Of a stretch of 64,000 bases of DNA, positions 1 to 12,362 are shown in pieces. A program made the translations under genes and the position numbers. The notes under the pieces are model-generated. The model made no database searches and had not been told where the DNA came from. It saw nothing but the letters and a program-made list of their open reading frames with translations. Positions within the stretch are counted from its first letter, which is position 1. The number at the start of each line of letters is the position of its first letter. This DNA comes from Tubulanus polymorphus (Eukaryota; Animalia; Nemertea), in contig NC_134030.1 of NCBI RefSeq assembly GCF_964204645.1, positions 417,355 through 481,354 on the forward strand, written 5' to 3'.

Positions 1-72
1 ACACGCGCGCACAGCACGTGATTGGTCGGGCTATAAACTTACCCTGTCTTTTAAACACGTTTTGTAGTTATA

Positions 73-786
73 TCATTTTGTTCTCGGTAATTGCAGTTGG
101 GTTATCTCCTTTTCTAACAACGCTATCTCTTTCATCAGTTCCAATTTCTCATTTACCAATCTCAAATTAACCACCGAGAGTGGTTCATCTACAACTGTTT
201 CATCTTCAACTGGTTCATCTACAACTGGTTCATCTAATTGCTGTTGGGTTAGCATTTCTAACAACGCTATATCTTTCATCAGGTCTTCTGCAACTGTTTC
301 TTCTACAACTGGTTCTTCTGCAACTGGTTCTTCTACAACTGGTTCTTCTGCAACTGTTTCTTCTACAACTGGTTCATCTTCAACTTGTTCTTCTGCAACT
401 GGTTCTTCTGCAACTACCGGTTTTTTATTCTTTCTTCCCCTACGTTTCTTTGGTTTAGTTTCTTGCCCGTTCAAATCTTTGGTATCTTCACCTTGTTCAC
501 CTTCAGTCACCGTTTTCTGGTTGTTTTTTTTAGATTTTTTTACTTTCTTGGATTTTTTCCTTTTTCTCGTCTTTTCTCCAGTGGCGTCTTGTGGGACTAC
601 TGCTAACCCTGTATCACTGTCTCCTGCCGCCGCCGCTGCCGCCGAGTCGAGAAGCTCTGTCGATGATGACGCCTGCTCGATGAGGTCTACTTGCTCTTTC
701 TTACCCTTGCGTTTGTTTCGTCTTTTCGAATCGACAAAAACCACAAAAACGATGGCGATAACGAGGAAAACTCTTATAATATTCAT
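73..786 (-). CDS. Predicted secreted 237-aa protein: signal peptide, Lys/Arg-rich block, acidic PVxEE repeats and C-terminal coiled coil
   Basis: ATG at 786 in GCCATG context just after a CTTTCAG acceptor (804-805). N-terminus MNIIRVFLVIAIVFVVFVDS is hydrophobic. A candidate non-coding exon 1 ends at 1746 (G/GTAAGC) with a TATTTAA box near 1820. Stop at 73-75. Confidence 0.7.
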   Translation of the reverse strand: MNIIRVFLVIAIVFVVFVDSKRRNKRKGKKEQVDLIEQASSSTELLDSAAAAAAGDSDTGLAVVPQDATGEKTRKRKKSKKVKKSKKNNQKTVTEGEQGEDTKDLNGQETKPKKRRGRKNKKPVVAEEPVAEEQVEDEPVVEETVAEEPVVEEPVAEEPVVEETVAEDLMKDIALLEMLTQQQLDEPVVDEPVEDETVVDEPLSVVNLRLVNEKLELMKEIALLEKEITQLQLPRTK

Positions 787-936
787 GGCCTTCGTCGGTG
801 TTTCTGAAAGCAACGAGAAAACTGGTTTTTATTTTGTGATATCTAGTTCTAAGATTTGCGTCAGCCTTTGAGACGCCGTCATAGCAACCAACATTTTATA
901 GGCTTCGGTCAACATTTCATAAACGATCGTTCATAT

Positions 937-1285
937 TAATAATAATAATAATAATAATGATGATAATGATAATGATAATGATAATGATAATGATAATAGC
1001 AATAATAATAATAGCAACAGCAACAGCAACAGCAATAGCAATACAAATGTAATTACATTACAAAAATATATATTATTATATTATTAGATAATACAATAGT
1101 AATGATAAAAATTCACGTATTAATAATAATAATTAATAATAATAACTAATAATAATCATTGCCATAATGATATAATATGTCAACATAATATGATAATATA
1201 TATATCATTATCATATTATCTTAAAAAATATGATAATTAATACGTATAATAATAATAATGATAATAATAATAATGATAATTAATA
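937..1285. repeat. AT-rich microsatellite, (AAT)n/(GATAAT)n/(CAACAG)n
   Basis: Directly visible; lies in the predicted intron of the 73-786 gene. Confidence 0.85.
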
Positions 1286-2004
1286 CGTATTTTGATTTGT
1301 ACTGCTCTAGATCAAAAATTTATAAGCGATACCAAATTCGTTTAAAAGTAAGACGTAATATAAAGTGAATTTATAAATCGGGATAAGATTGTGATAAATA
1401 AACCGAGTGAAATTCTACAATAGATTCGACCAATAATTGAAAAAAGTTTTCCAATGGACGAGAATAAATATTTCCATCAGCGGCAGGCTTACTGAGTGCT
1501 AGATTTACAAGATATATTTATACAGAAATCAAACAAAGTGAGCGATCAAAAAAGTAATTCCAGTATTAAGCAACTTTACAACTTTTGAAATTGAGATTTA
1601 TTTTCATTCAAATGTTACATTAATAGACGATATTCCAAATATATGTTAAAAAGTAAGGAAAATGTAACAGGATAATTGAGCTACACAGAGTACACGGACA
1701 GACGGTAACAGATCAACAACAAACAATCAGTGAATTATTGCTTACCTTCTGTTCGTTAATAAATTGAGAATGTACGAATTATAACAACAGTGTGGAATAT
1801 CGTTCGTTTTAACCGGTCTTAAATACACGGAATCGATTCATTTTTCGTTCAACGGCATGATTATCGGCGATTAGCAACAGACGTTTGGCACCTCCGCCTG
1901 TGAGCGTAAACACAATTGTGAATAATGCGAAATTTTGAAATCAATCAACGCACAACAAGTAACATCTAATTCGACACGTGGACAGTAAATAAATCATTCT
2001 TGCG

Positions 2005-2360
2005 CCACTGATGATCCACTGAGGATCCACTGGGGATCCACTCGCGATCCACTCGTGATCCAATGATGATCCACTGATGATCCGCTGATGATCTACTGAT
2101 GATCCACTGAGGATCCACTGGGGATCCACTGATGATCCACTCGCGATCCACTGATGATCCACTGATGATCCACCGATGATCCGCTGATGATCTACTGATG
2201 ATCCACTGAGGATCCACTGGGGATCCACTGATGATCCACTCGCGATCCACTGATGATCCACTGATGATCCACCGATGATCCGCTGATGATCTACTGATGA
2301 TCCACTGAGGATCCACTGGGGATCCACTGGGGATCCACTAGAGATCCACTGGGGATCCAC
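2005..2360. repeat. About 11-bp minisatellite (CTGATGATCCA/CTGGGGATCCA variants) with a higher-order period
   Basis: Tandem units visible; source of ORFs 1941-2435 and 1966-2316. Confidence 0.9.
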
Positions 2361-3063
2361 AGCATTTGGTAATCGGTGAAACAACAGCATGTTTATTAGA
2401 CCCGTGAATCCAAATGTGTTCAAACAACATAACAATCAATATTCAGCGCCCCCTCTTGGGCTCTTTGTTGTTTATGTTGATTATCAATTTGCTTCGCTTT
2501 CGATACAAAACGAGACAAATTCGAAGCGCAGATTATTTACAAACGCGCCTGTTCGACGCCCATTTTACCGCAAGTGTGATACCCAATTGCCACACGGTTT
2601 CGGGGTCCGCATTAGTTGTTGAAAATAGTTTTCTCTGTAGATATCGATCCGTTGCCTGGAAAAAGCACTTTCTAGTTTATCTAATTGACTTTGATACACC
2701 GTTCTAGAAATTGTCAATCTTTTAGACGTTTTTGCCTCACCTTGTATTTCATTTCATAAGATATTTTCATTGAAAGTGATAGAAGACGTCTGACGACATT
2801 TTATCAGCATACTTTCATAAACTGATCGTCCACACTTCACATGTGTTCAGTGCTTCACCTGAGATATTTCTAATTGAAAATGTACTACGAACACCAGATG
2901 TTAGACATTTTATCAGCACACTTTCAGAAACTGATCGTCCACACTTCACATGTGTTCAGTGCTTCACCTGAGATATTTCTAATTGAAAATGTACTACAAA
3001 CACCAGATATTAGACATTTTATCTGCACACGATCAGTTTCTGAAAGTGCGCTGATAAATGTCT

Positions 3064-3471
3064 ACATTGTTCTTGTTTGGAGCGTTTGGAAATTCAGCTA
3101 CTTTCCTGATAACGATAAGTCGTAGATTCCGCGGTTTATCTTACGCTAACTATTTGATAGTTTTATCTGTCAGTGATTTTCTGGTTTGTATCCATTATAC
3201 GTTGATACCTGTTATACAGTTTATTTTATTGCTTCTAAACACTGGTGCTGTATTCATCATAGATTCACTGATCAGTTGTCAAATCTACGAATTTGTAATG
3301 GGGCTCGCAGCCATCAACAGTCCGTGGTTAATCGTGGCTATATCTCTAGAACGCGCGGCGGTTGTTCTCTTCCCGTTCACATCTCGTTTGATATGCACCC
3401 CGAAATTCGCTAGATTTGTTATATTCATAATTATTGCAGTTAATGTACTGGTTATTTTCATCAGCCCTTAG
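3064..3471 (+). pseudogene. Rhodopsin-like (class A) GPCR fragment, TM1-TM4 only
   Basis: GN in TM1, LSVSD in TM2, Cys at the top of TM3, S.WLIVAISLERA (DRY-like) and FP..SRLICT motif. Both ends are cut by 109-bp repeats. Confidence 0.8.
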
Positions 3472-3882
3472 AAATGTCTCAGGTGAAGCACTGAACACAT
3501 GTGAAGTGTGGACGATCAGTTTTTGAAAGTGTGCTGATAAAATGTCTAATATCTGGTGTTTGTAGTTCATTTTCAATTAAAAATGTCTCAGGTGAAGCAC
3601 TGAACACATGTGAAGTGTGGACGATCAGTTTCTGAAAGTGTGCTGATAAAATGTCTAATATCTGGTGTTCGTAGTACATTTTCAATTGAAAATGTCTCAG
3701 GTGAAGCACTGAACACATGTGAAGTGTGGACGATCAGTTTCTGAAAGTGTGCTGATAAAATGTCTAATATCTGGTGTTTGTAGTTCATTTTCAATTAAAA
3801 ATGTCTCAGGTGAAGAAATGAACACATTTGAAGTGTGGACGATCAGTTTCTGAAAGTGCGCCGATAAAATCTCTAATATCTG

Positions 3883-4689
3883 GGACCGGTTTCACAAAGC
3901 ATAATTAACTTCAATTATGATTAGGACCTAAATCTTGATTAAATTTCTTCAATTATGATTAGTTAAGTACGATTGAAATTCGGTTTCACAAAAGGGTTTA
4001 ATTAAAAAATTAACTTATTACATAATTAGGCAACTTAATTACAATTTAAATGTATCAAAATGGTTGAAGATTGCTCTGAAAGGTCTCAGGAACCAGTGGA
4101 AAACTTAGCAAGATGTCTCTAAAGTTTTTGAATAGAAACTCACCTCCAGTCAGCAAAATAAAATCCTCGTAAATGGGGTTTATTTCCGAGCAGTGATTAG
4201 CACTTGTTAACACTATAACTCCATAGATGTGTACTCTACTGACAGAAATCTATCATATGTATGGACAAAATCAATTAATTCAATACTTCTTTTAAGTATG
4301 TGGTGGTCGTGCTGACAAAAACATAGGATGTTTGAAAATAAATCAATAGAATAGAGTATTGACATTCCTTTTTTACAAAAGGCAAAAAATCCAGATTATT
4401 CAGCCAAACAATCTGAAAAATTGAATAAGTGTAGGAATTGCCGTCGTCAATTAATAAACACCAAATTCCATGAGAAATATCTGCAGCTTTTTGTTCTTAA
4501 TAATAAACTAATGATGATTAAATTGTTTAATTACACTCTAGAGGAGAATCAAATTTTGTGATTAACTTAATTATAATTAAAGTTAATTACGTTTTGTGAA
4601 ACACCTAACGTGATTTAATCACGATGATTTAATCATGATTAGTGATTTAATTATAATTAAGGGTTAATTACGCTTTATGAAACCGGCCC
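3883..4689. mobile_element. Non-autonomous PIF/Harbinger-like MITE, about 807 bp
   Basis: TIRs GGACCGGTTTCACAAAGCATAATTAAC and GTTAATTACGCTTTATGAAACCGGCCC. 3-bp CTG duplication at 3880-3882 and 4690-4692. It interrupts a 109-bp unit that resumes afterwards. Confidence 0.85.
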
Positions 4690-5024
4690 CTGGGGTTTGT
4701 AGTTCCTTACAATTAGCAATATCTCAGATGAAGCACTGAACACATGTGAAGTGTGGACGATCAGTTTCTGAAAGTGCGCTGATAAAATGTCTAATGTCTG
4801 ATGTTTATAGCTTATTTACGAGATGCGGTTTCAATCCTGAACACGAACATTAAAGATGGCCGATTTGTTTGTCATAAAACCGGTGACCACGTGTTAGGTC
4901 AAGCTGCGTATCTTCCAACTGCTTCGGCAATTATTGAACGTTTCCAAACTTCTGTTACCATCACGATACCCACTCGGATGGAAAATTTTATAATTCGGTA
5001 GATCGATTTAAAATGTCGTTAGTG

Positions 5025-5109
5025 TATATAAAGAGAATCGACTAAGCTTCTTCCAAAACGTTCGTTTGCTCCAGTATTCAGCAGTTAACTACGTAACACT
5101 ACACAAACG
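5025..5109 (+). promoter_or_regulatory. TATA box and short non-coding first exon of the 5739-5948 gene
   Basis: TATATAAA at 5025-5032, G/GTAAGC donor at 5110, TTTTATTCTTTCAG acceptor ending at 5717. Confidence 0.55.
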
Positions 5110-5738
5110 GTAAGCATTATATTTACACAAGTTCTAGGAAGTTTTTGATGTGACGTGATATTGATATATCAAACATCTTTATTAACCGTTGATTTTAAAT
5201 CAAAGCGATATCATTTACGCTTTATAGATTTGTGACACATTAATCATTTTGATGGTTTAAGTTAGTATAAATGAAATTTTCAATAACAATATTTAAGTAA
5301 GTTAAAGATATTGAATGTTTTTTGTAGTTTTAAGGCAAATTTTCTTCCAACTTCGATAGTACGATGAGCGTGGGAAAAATCATCGTTACTAACTGAATCT
5401 CGCATGAACCTTTCGATAAAAACAATTCCATAATCAGAAATGAAAAAATACCGCTATATACTAATGATACATAAGTTATGCGGAAAAGTTCGACTTCAAA
5501 ACGGCACCGAACTCGCTGAGAATTTTACTCACGTGAATTTCGTATTAACGTTATTGTTACTAAGCAAACATTTTTTTTTAAGAAAATGCTTTAAGAAAAG
5601 CCGCGATCATTAAATTCATCGTATATCAATTGACTGAGGTTTTTTCGTGTTGCAAGCCGAATCGTACTAACGAGGTTTGACTGTGGCGTAATGTGCATCA
5701 ATGTTTTATTCTTTCAGTTTATCACCAACTACTTCACT

Positions 5739-5948
5739 ATGAATTTCTTACGAATTTGCGTCGTTCTTGTCGTCATGGTGGCGATCGTTCATTCGCAACC
5801 TGTAACCGAAGAACAACTCAACGAACTCGAAAAAGAGAAACTCGAAATTGAAATAGCAAATCTGAAACTTACCAGGGGATACTTGAAAGCCCAGGCGGAG
5901 AAAGAAAACCTTTTACTGGATCATCTCAAAAATCCGCAAGATAAATAA
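5739..5948 (+). CDS. Predicted secreted 69-aa coiled-coil peptide
   Basis: ACTATG start 21 nt after the acceptor. Signal peptide MNFLRICVVLVVMVAIVHS then Q. Heptad-rich LEKEKLEIEIANLKL. AATAAA at about 6631 and 6655. Confidence 0.7.
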   Translation: MNFLRICVVLVVMVAIVHSQPVTEEQLNELEKEKLEIEIANLKLTRGYLKAQAEKENLLLDHLKNPQDK

Positions 5949-6949
5949 TACCTAACTTGAATAAGATCTTTAGTAAGTGATAATCAATTTTACTTTTACA
6001 AATTTTCCGGTACTATTTGTAACCATCGGTGCAACGATATATAGAGAATCCCGGCCACGCTGATTTAACGAGAAACATCAAATCCGATTAGTTTCCTTAA
6101 AGCTAATGATTTATTGATTAGACGTTTCGAATATAACCTAATAACTCATCTACAGGTATCACTAATCGGACTTCATCGTCCGTTATACCAGTGTGGGATC
6201 GTTTTCTATACGACTGTTATATTTGCGTTTATAATGAAATAGAGCTGGACCCTCGGGTATATAGTTTACCTATCATCTAAGCGAATTACATATTAAACAT
6301 GTGAAGCCTGATGCATTTACTAGTACGATCTAAAATATTTTAGTAGACAGTAATATGGATGAATGAATTCTAACAGAGAGCCAATTGATCTTGCAAAATA
6401 TTTGTATAGTCCAGTACCGCGGGCTTAGCTAGAAAATCTAACTCAATTTTTTGCGCATTATGAGAGAGACTGGCTTTACTGATTCATAGCAAATACTTTG
6501 TAAAGTTAATCTGTTTTCACCACTGAAATGATTTTAAAAACTGACACTCACTCAATGCTTAAACTGACACTAAGGAATTGTATTTTTTCGTTCCAGTTCG
6601 AAGCTCCGTATAGCGAAATATGCATTATCAAATAAAGTTGTTCTTTTTGAGTTCAATAAAAATCTTCTAAAAGTAAATTTAAAAAAAAACGGAATTTCAT
6701 TTTTCTTCGTTTTTTGTTTTGCTTTGTGGAGGAATCGATGTGACCTTGCGCAGGATTTTCCCCAGAGAACCGCCTAACTCGACAATAAATCCCAAATATC
6801 AGAAAACTAATCAGAAAATACAATGACGAGGACCCTGTGAGCTAGGTTCCGGCATCGGGTATCCGGCTCAGAGGAACTAGGATCCAGCCTTGATATCCGA
6901 CCAGAAACTGTGGCCCAGGCGCGTCCAAGGCTTATTGTAAAATACCGAA

Positions 6950-7095
6950 AAGGAAGCACTGCAACCCTGCCACCAACCGGGAAATCATTTAAACATCACA
7001 TAAAACGAAGGAACTTAAAAATCTATTTTCTGGATTCAAACGTAATTGACTTTATCCTCACCGATCGGGTCGGTAATGGATGGGAATTACAAAGT
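6950..7095 (+). mobile_element. Degenerate fragment resembling the LPPT..H..R..GW C-terminal motif of transposon-derived proteins
   Basis: Translation TLPPTGKSFKHHIKRRNL...GNGWEL; recognised from memory only. Confidence 0.3.
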
Positions 7096-7099
7096 AAAC

Positions 7100-7400
7100 A
7101 CTTCTACATGCGCTGCTGCCGAGGGTGTTCAAAATAATATATCCTGTATTCAACATGGGGCAAATACGACAACGGTCATCTCCACATTTATCTGTTCCTT
7201 TGGGAGCATCAGCCGTTTCGCGGCTAAAAACATTTGAGTGAACAAAATTATCTGTTCGATTCTTAGGCCGTCGGTAAGCAACAATAGGTAGGAGTGAGTT
7301 TGTTAGACATTTTGATGATATCAAATTTTTCGTAAATAATTTTGCCTGTTTCGCCAAAAACTGCATATATAATATTTCCTGATTTCCGATCTGCAGAGAA
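7100..7400 (-). mobile_element. Penelope-like retroelement relic (linker between RT and GIY-YIG endonuclease)
   Basis: Frameshifted translation GKIIYEKFDIIKMSNKL / LPIVAYRRPKNRTDNFVHS...GTDKCGDDRCRICPML matches the P.VAYRRPKN and KC...RC..C signature of Penelope-like ORFs. Confidence 0.65.
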
Positions 7401-7683
7401 TGCCGTATTCAGGAAAGCTATAACTGTAATCAAACTGATTACTCTTTGCTTTGCTCCGTACTTCATAAGCGTTTCGTGTATTATCATAATCGCTATAAAA
7501 CTGGCGTCGCGATCAGTGAAATCTTCTCGGAAAACTGTACAAAATATTCCCTTCGAAGTACTACATTTGACAATGCTCTACGGTGTGAAAACTTTAGGGA
7601 TTTCAAGTGACAAATAATATCACGTTAAAACTAATGGGGGTGTATATGGGTCACATCGCGATAAAAATCATTTTGCGTTAATC

Positions 7684-7756
7684 GGTTTCGTAGTGTAGTG
7701 GTTATCACGTCCGCTTCACACGCGGAAGGTCGCGGGTTCGAGCCCCGCCGAAACCT
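7684..7756 (+). tRNA. tRNA-Val (anticodon CAC)
   Basis: Acceptor GGTTTCG/CGAAACC, anticodon arm TCCGC-TTCACAC-GCGGA, T arm GCGGG-TTCGAGC-CCCGC, A and B boxes, immediately followed by a T-run Pol III terminator. Confidence 0.95.
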
Positions 7757-9114
7757 TTTTTGTCACCGAATTTCCCGAAGCCCATTTCCCCCCCCCACCG
7801 CCCCCACCCACAGAAACATTTTTTCCTGTACGTAATGTTTTACGTTTTCTTCGTTCAGCTTCGAAATAAAATCGAAAACATCGAACAACAAAAAAAAAAA
7901 CAAACTGACTACAAAATATGATTTTTTTTCAACAAATAATTTAAAACATTTTATTATATTACCAGAGGAAAATAACAAATTCGACAATGAGAACTCCTTA
8001 CAATTGATTCAATAGAGTATCTGAGAATGTTTATATGAAATATCTGCCCGATTAACAAGGCACTGAACATAGTGTCTAATATCGCCACCAGGGCGCGTGC
8101 GCGGCAGAATCCCCGGATGACAGCATATATACAAACATTTATCCGTCTTTGATTGTCAACTTTCAACGAGTCAACAAACCATCGCCAGGTGGCGTCAAAT
8201 TTGTCGGTTATGACGTCATCGATGATCTGCCCGTAGATCCGGGGATTTTCAACAACAGTTTCTAAAGCAGCCGACATAAGCGACACGTTCTATAAGTGGA
8301 TCACGTGATGTGTGAATAGTAAATGTACAAGTATAGAAAAATGCGTAGTCTGTGCGCGATCCGTTTAAATTAAATTCATCCGAATTTATTCGAAATCCAA
8401 AAAATCAATTCAAGTAATTTATGTAGCTTTGTCCGTTCGACATAATTGCGTACAAATCAAAGCAAATTTTGTCGAATAAGAGTTTCCGTTTTGTTTTCCA
8501 GGGGGCGTCAACGTCGACCTGATGACGTCACTTATTATTGTATAATCTAAACGGATTTAACTCAGACTACTGCAGTGTAATGTATTGATGCCGGGATGAT
8601 AGATCTGTGATCGAATTTTTAAGTTTAATTTCTGTTTTCAAAAAACGTTTCAATTAAATTCAACTACATTCTCGATATCCGGAATAGAAAGTTACAAAGG
8701 TTTCCACGTCATCATCCACACAAGCCTTATATTTATATACACTGCACGGTATATCCCAAAATGACGTCATCCGTTACGATGACCTATATATCATCATCCC
8801 AGCATGTTACATTTACTGTATAATTGATAATGATAATAATAATAACATATATTGATATTTATATATTTCTGATGTAAACCGTTGTGGAGTTCGCTATAAA
8901 ACTTTATGTATTTCACAACAGAGCGGTTTCTGTCGAGACTATCTGTGAATTATCAATAGTACACATGTACGTGAATATGGACAGCCATCGACGCCAAAAT
9001 ACTGTGCGAGTTTTAATTAACATTCATAGATTACATATTTTTGGCAGAAATTGCGTCCAATACGTAAACAATGATACCTACAAAAAGCCAACAAATAATT
9101 TATCTTTTTAGCTT

Positions 9115-9335
9115 GATCCAGTTCCGGATCCAGTTCCACAGTTAATGGACTCAGTTACACAGTTCTGGACTCCAGTTCCACGGTTCTGAATCCAGTTCCA
9201 CAGATCTGGATTCAGTCCCACAGTTACTGGACCCAGTTCCACAATTCGGGACATAGTTCCACAGTTCTGGACATAGTTCCACAGTTCTTGTTTCAGTTCC
9301 ACATTTCCGGAATCAGTTCCACAGTTCTGGATCCA
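9115..9335. repeat. About 20-bp CCAGTTCCACAGTT-family minisatellite
   Basis: Tandem units; reverse complement of the 58500-59040 array. Confidence 0.85.
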
Positions 9336-9587
9336 GATGTTAAGTCAAGAATTGACTCTTAAAAGTACTCTTAAAAGTAACTGAAAACTAATTCAACTAA
9401 TTTAAACCGATGAGAATTGTGGAACTAGATTACGCGCACGAGATGTTTGAATACCGGAAACTGAGTGTAATAAACACAGACTATGAGAACAGGAAGCTTA
9501 CTCAAAATATACCCTACTTGAATTAACATCGAAATTATGCGACTCTTAGTAAAAACATCGTTATAATTTTAATAAAAAACTATGTCA

Positions 9588-9720
9588 CATTTCAGCGGCC
9601 ATTTTGGATCGCGCGTGATTTCGATGAAGTCACGTGCGGCGCGAGACTTTGATGTTTCAGTCGTCGAGTAACGATTTTGACCAAGTATCGCGTAATAATC
9701 CAAGATGGCCGCTGAAATGT
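9588..9720. mobile_element. Small MITE-like inverted-repeat element
   Basis: ACATTTCAGCGGCCATTTTGGAT ... ATCCAAGATGGCCGCTGAAATGT; a related copy lies at about 48297-48397. Confidence 0.55.
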
Positions 9721-12222
9721 TAAATAGGTTCATTCTCTAAACGTTCATATATTTTTTTAAATAACAAATTTACTTTCTATTTGACGATGATAGTCTGTGT
9801 ACTTGCCGCAGACATTAAACATCGATCGTCATTCCCGGTTGACATTATTCGCTACTTATGATAACATCACTGAGAAACAAGCAGCAATCTCAGAATTAGG
9901 AGGAATTAAAAAACAGGTGATATGGATAGACAGGTGCGCGAAAACAAAATAATAATAAAATCAGAATTTAAAATCATTATTACTATGATTGATATAATTA
10001 TTGTGATTTTGGTAATTAATTAAATATCGTTTAATTATCTAATAATTAATTAATAAAAGAGTATATTATGAATAACATTATATTTTATACAACGAAGTTT
10101 TCTAGAGAATTCATGAAAAGAATAATAACAAATATCTAAAAAGGAATTTCATAAAATCAAATAAGAATTTGGCTTCTTTTTTTCACTCGGTATCAATTTC
10201 TGTCGAATTCACCATTCTAATTTCTGTGAATTCCCGATAAAAACACACAGCGACACCTGACGGCAGTGTCAAGAAAATAATTTACAAAATCCAAAAAGAA
10301 TTCAAACGGAGAAATGTTCTGTTTTTCTAAATGAACGAGAGAGGGCGCCTCACACAGACGGAAGACTCTATGCTTCAGTATCTACACACTGTAGTGATCA
10401 GCATTTCAATGATTACACAATATTCCAGAAAAGCAATTTAATTATTTAATTATTTTTGTTTAATCAGCGAGTCCCAGTGCGGTAGCTGTTATATATTCTA
10501 CCGGTTTTTGCTGCAATATTAAGAAGGAAATATAAATTCCTAAAAGTCCCCTCCTCGCAGAAGCAGCGGCTGCTGCTGCTGCTGTCTGATTCATCGTTTC
10601 ATTCATCCGCCATATTAAATCTCGTGTCGTCATGGCAACTGTATTATCATTATTTTACAATACATATTATACATAATCTCTCTCACTCTCAACATTATCA
10701 CCTAACAATATCATCAGGTTGTCATGGTGACGCGCCTTGACCGACCAATGAATGTACGCCATCGAACCACGTGACGGAAATGTTGATGCAATTTATGTTC
10801 TAATAATGTTGATTGGTTTAGAACTAAAAACCGTCAGTCTGCCGAAGCTAACACAGGGATGCGAGGTTCTGGGATAGTTAGCATAAGAGATATAGATATA
10901 TATGGATTCATGTCTAGCGCCCGATTGTCACATTCTCCATTACAGCCAATCAGAGGACGACTCGTCGAGTGACGCTGCGTGACGTCACCGACAACTACTT
11001 CCTGTAATGGAGCATGTAACGTGATATTAGTACGCGGCAGAAGGCACTGTGTGGTGGCGTGATTCGCCCAGAAATAGGACAAAGATAGTCAAACTCATCA
11101 AAATGAAATCTCAATCGAAGCATCTGATACCCTAGAATTTTAGAATCTTCAAGATCCTAGAACAATCCTATAATCCTAGAACCTAGGTATTTCTAGAATC
11201 CTAGAATATTATCTAAATCAATCAATAAAACAGCAATAAAGAGATCGTCATTAGTTTGGAGTTGATTCGTGGAATGGATAAATTATTACGTCACTCATAT
11301 TTTCACAAATCGCGTAAAATGCAGAAACACGACTATGCTGTGCTCAATATGGCCGCAATGGCGACCTATTTGTATTTTCTAGTGGTAGGCGCCTATGTTT
11401 TGATTTTCGTACATCGTCGTTTTTTTGATTTTTTATTCTATCAGTGAAGTAAAACTTCAAGTCGAAATGATAATAATAATTTCCACTCGAGTTCGACCGA
11501 TCGTGGAACAACAAAATATTCGTCTCGGGATGGAAACGCAATATCCGGTTTTACAACTATACACCGCTAGCTGGCGCCACCGTCGGCTCGTTTTAAAACG
11601 TAAACAAAAATATTTACAAGTGGCCTAAAAGTGGTGCGTGTGAAAAACGATCTATTCGTAATTAATAATTAAAATAATTAATCAATTAATGGAGTACCGG
11701 CACATGTCACCAGGTGGTGCGACTATACGGTCGGGTTTGAACGATAGTTGAAATCAGTTGATTTCAAATATTCTACGATGAAAACACTTTTTTACTCTAT
11801 TGTGTTTATTGCAGTCTTCAGCGCAAATTGATCAGAAATAGTTGAATCGATGATAGACTACTAGCGACACCTGGTGGATCCTTTCATCGAATCCTCCCTT
11901 GCCACAGCTCGTAGCAGGGCCGATATCCCGTCAACAGATACTCAAAGACTAGAACTGTGAACTTAGAAAACTCGGTGAGCAAAAATTACGCTTTTTTCGT
12001 TTCACTGAAACATTTTCCCCGAAACGGAGAAAAAAATCTAAATTGAATAAAAAGTGTTCGTAATAGTGTATCGAGTGCGCGTGCGCGCGAGCACTGACGT
12101 GTGACGTCATCTCGTGTGGATTTGACGTCACTTTCTGGCAGGATTGCGAACAAGTCTTCACATTTATATAATCAGTCTCGGTAGTAGATGCCACAACCTG
12201 CAATTTGTACGGAAACAATATT

Positions 12223-12362
12223 AATATTCCTGAAGATGACTATTAGGATATAGTCGAAACGTTGAATAAACTACACTAGCTCAAGAAATACAGTATTCCT
12301 GAAGATCACCATTATGATTAAGTCGAAACGTTGAATAAACTACACTAGCTCAAGGAATACAG
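12223..12362 (+). ncRNA. Two copies of the 69-bp hammerhead-like repeat on the + strand
   Basis: TATTC-CTGAAGA-T-GACTAT-TAGGAT-ATAGTC-GAAA-CGTT-GAATA; the second copy has a damaged stem II. Confidence 0.65.

Larger units (their letters stand above)
2790..4800. repeat. 109-bp repeat family arranged as a foldback: forward copies 2790-3030, inverted copies 3030-3063, 3471-3882 and 4690-4800
   Basis: Unit AAATGTCTCAGGTGAAGCACTGAACACATGTGAAGTGTGGACGATCAG... recurs at 109-bp spacing (3472, 3581). Reverse-complement copies lie on the left, and a further dispersed copy is at about 63640-63805. Confidence 0.85.

Noticed and set aside
180-871. Plus-strand ORFs overlapping the 73-786 gene
   Set aside because: Antisense shadows of the 15-bp coding repeat.
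2005-2360. Repeated CTGATGA suggesting hammerhead cores
   Set aside because: No GAAA partner or stem II; it is a simple minisatellite.
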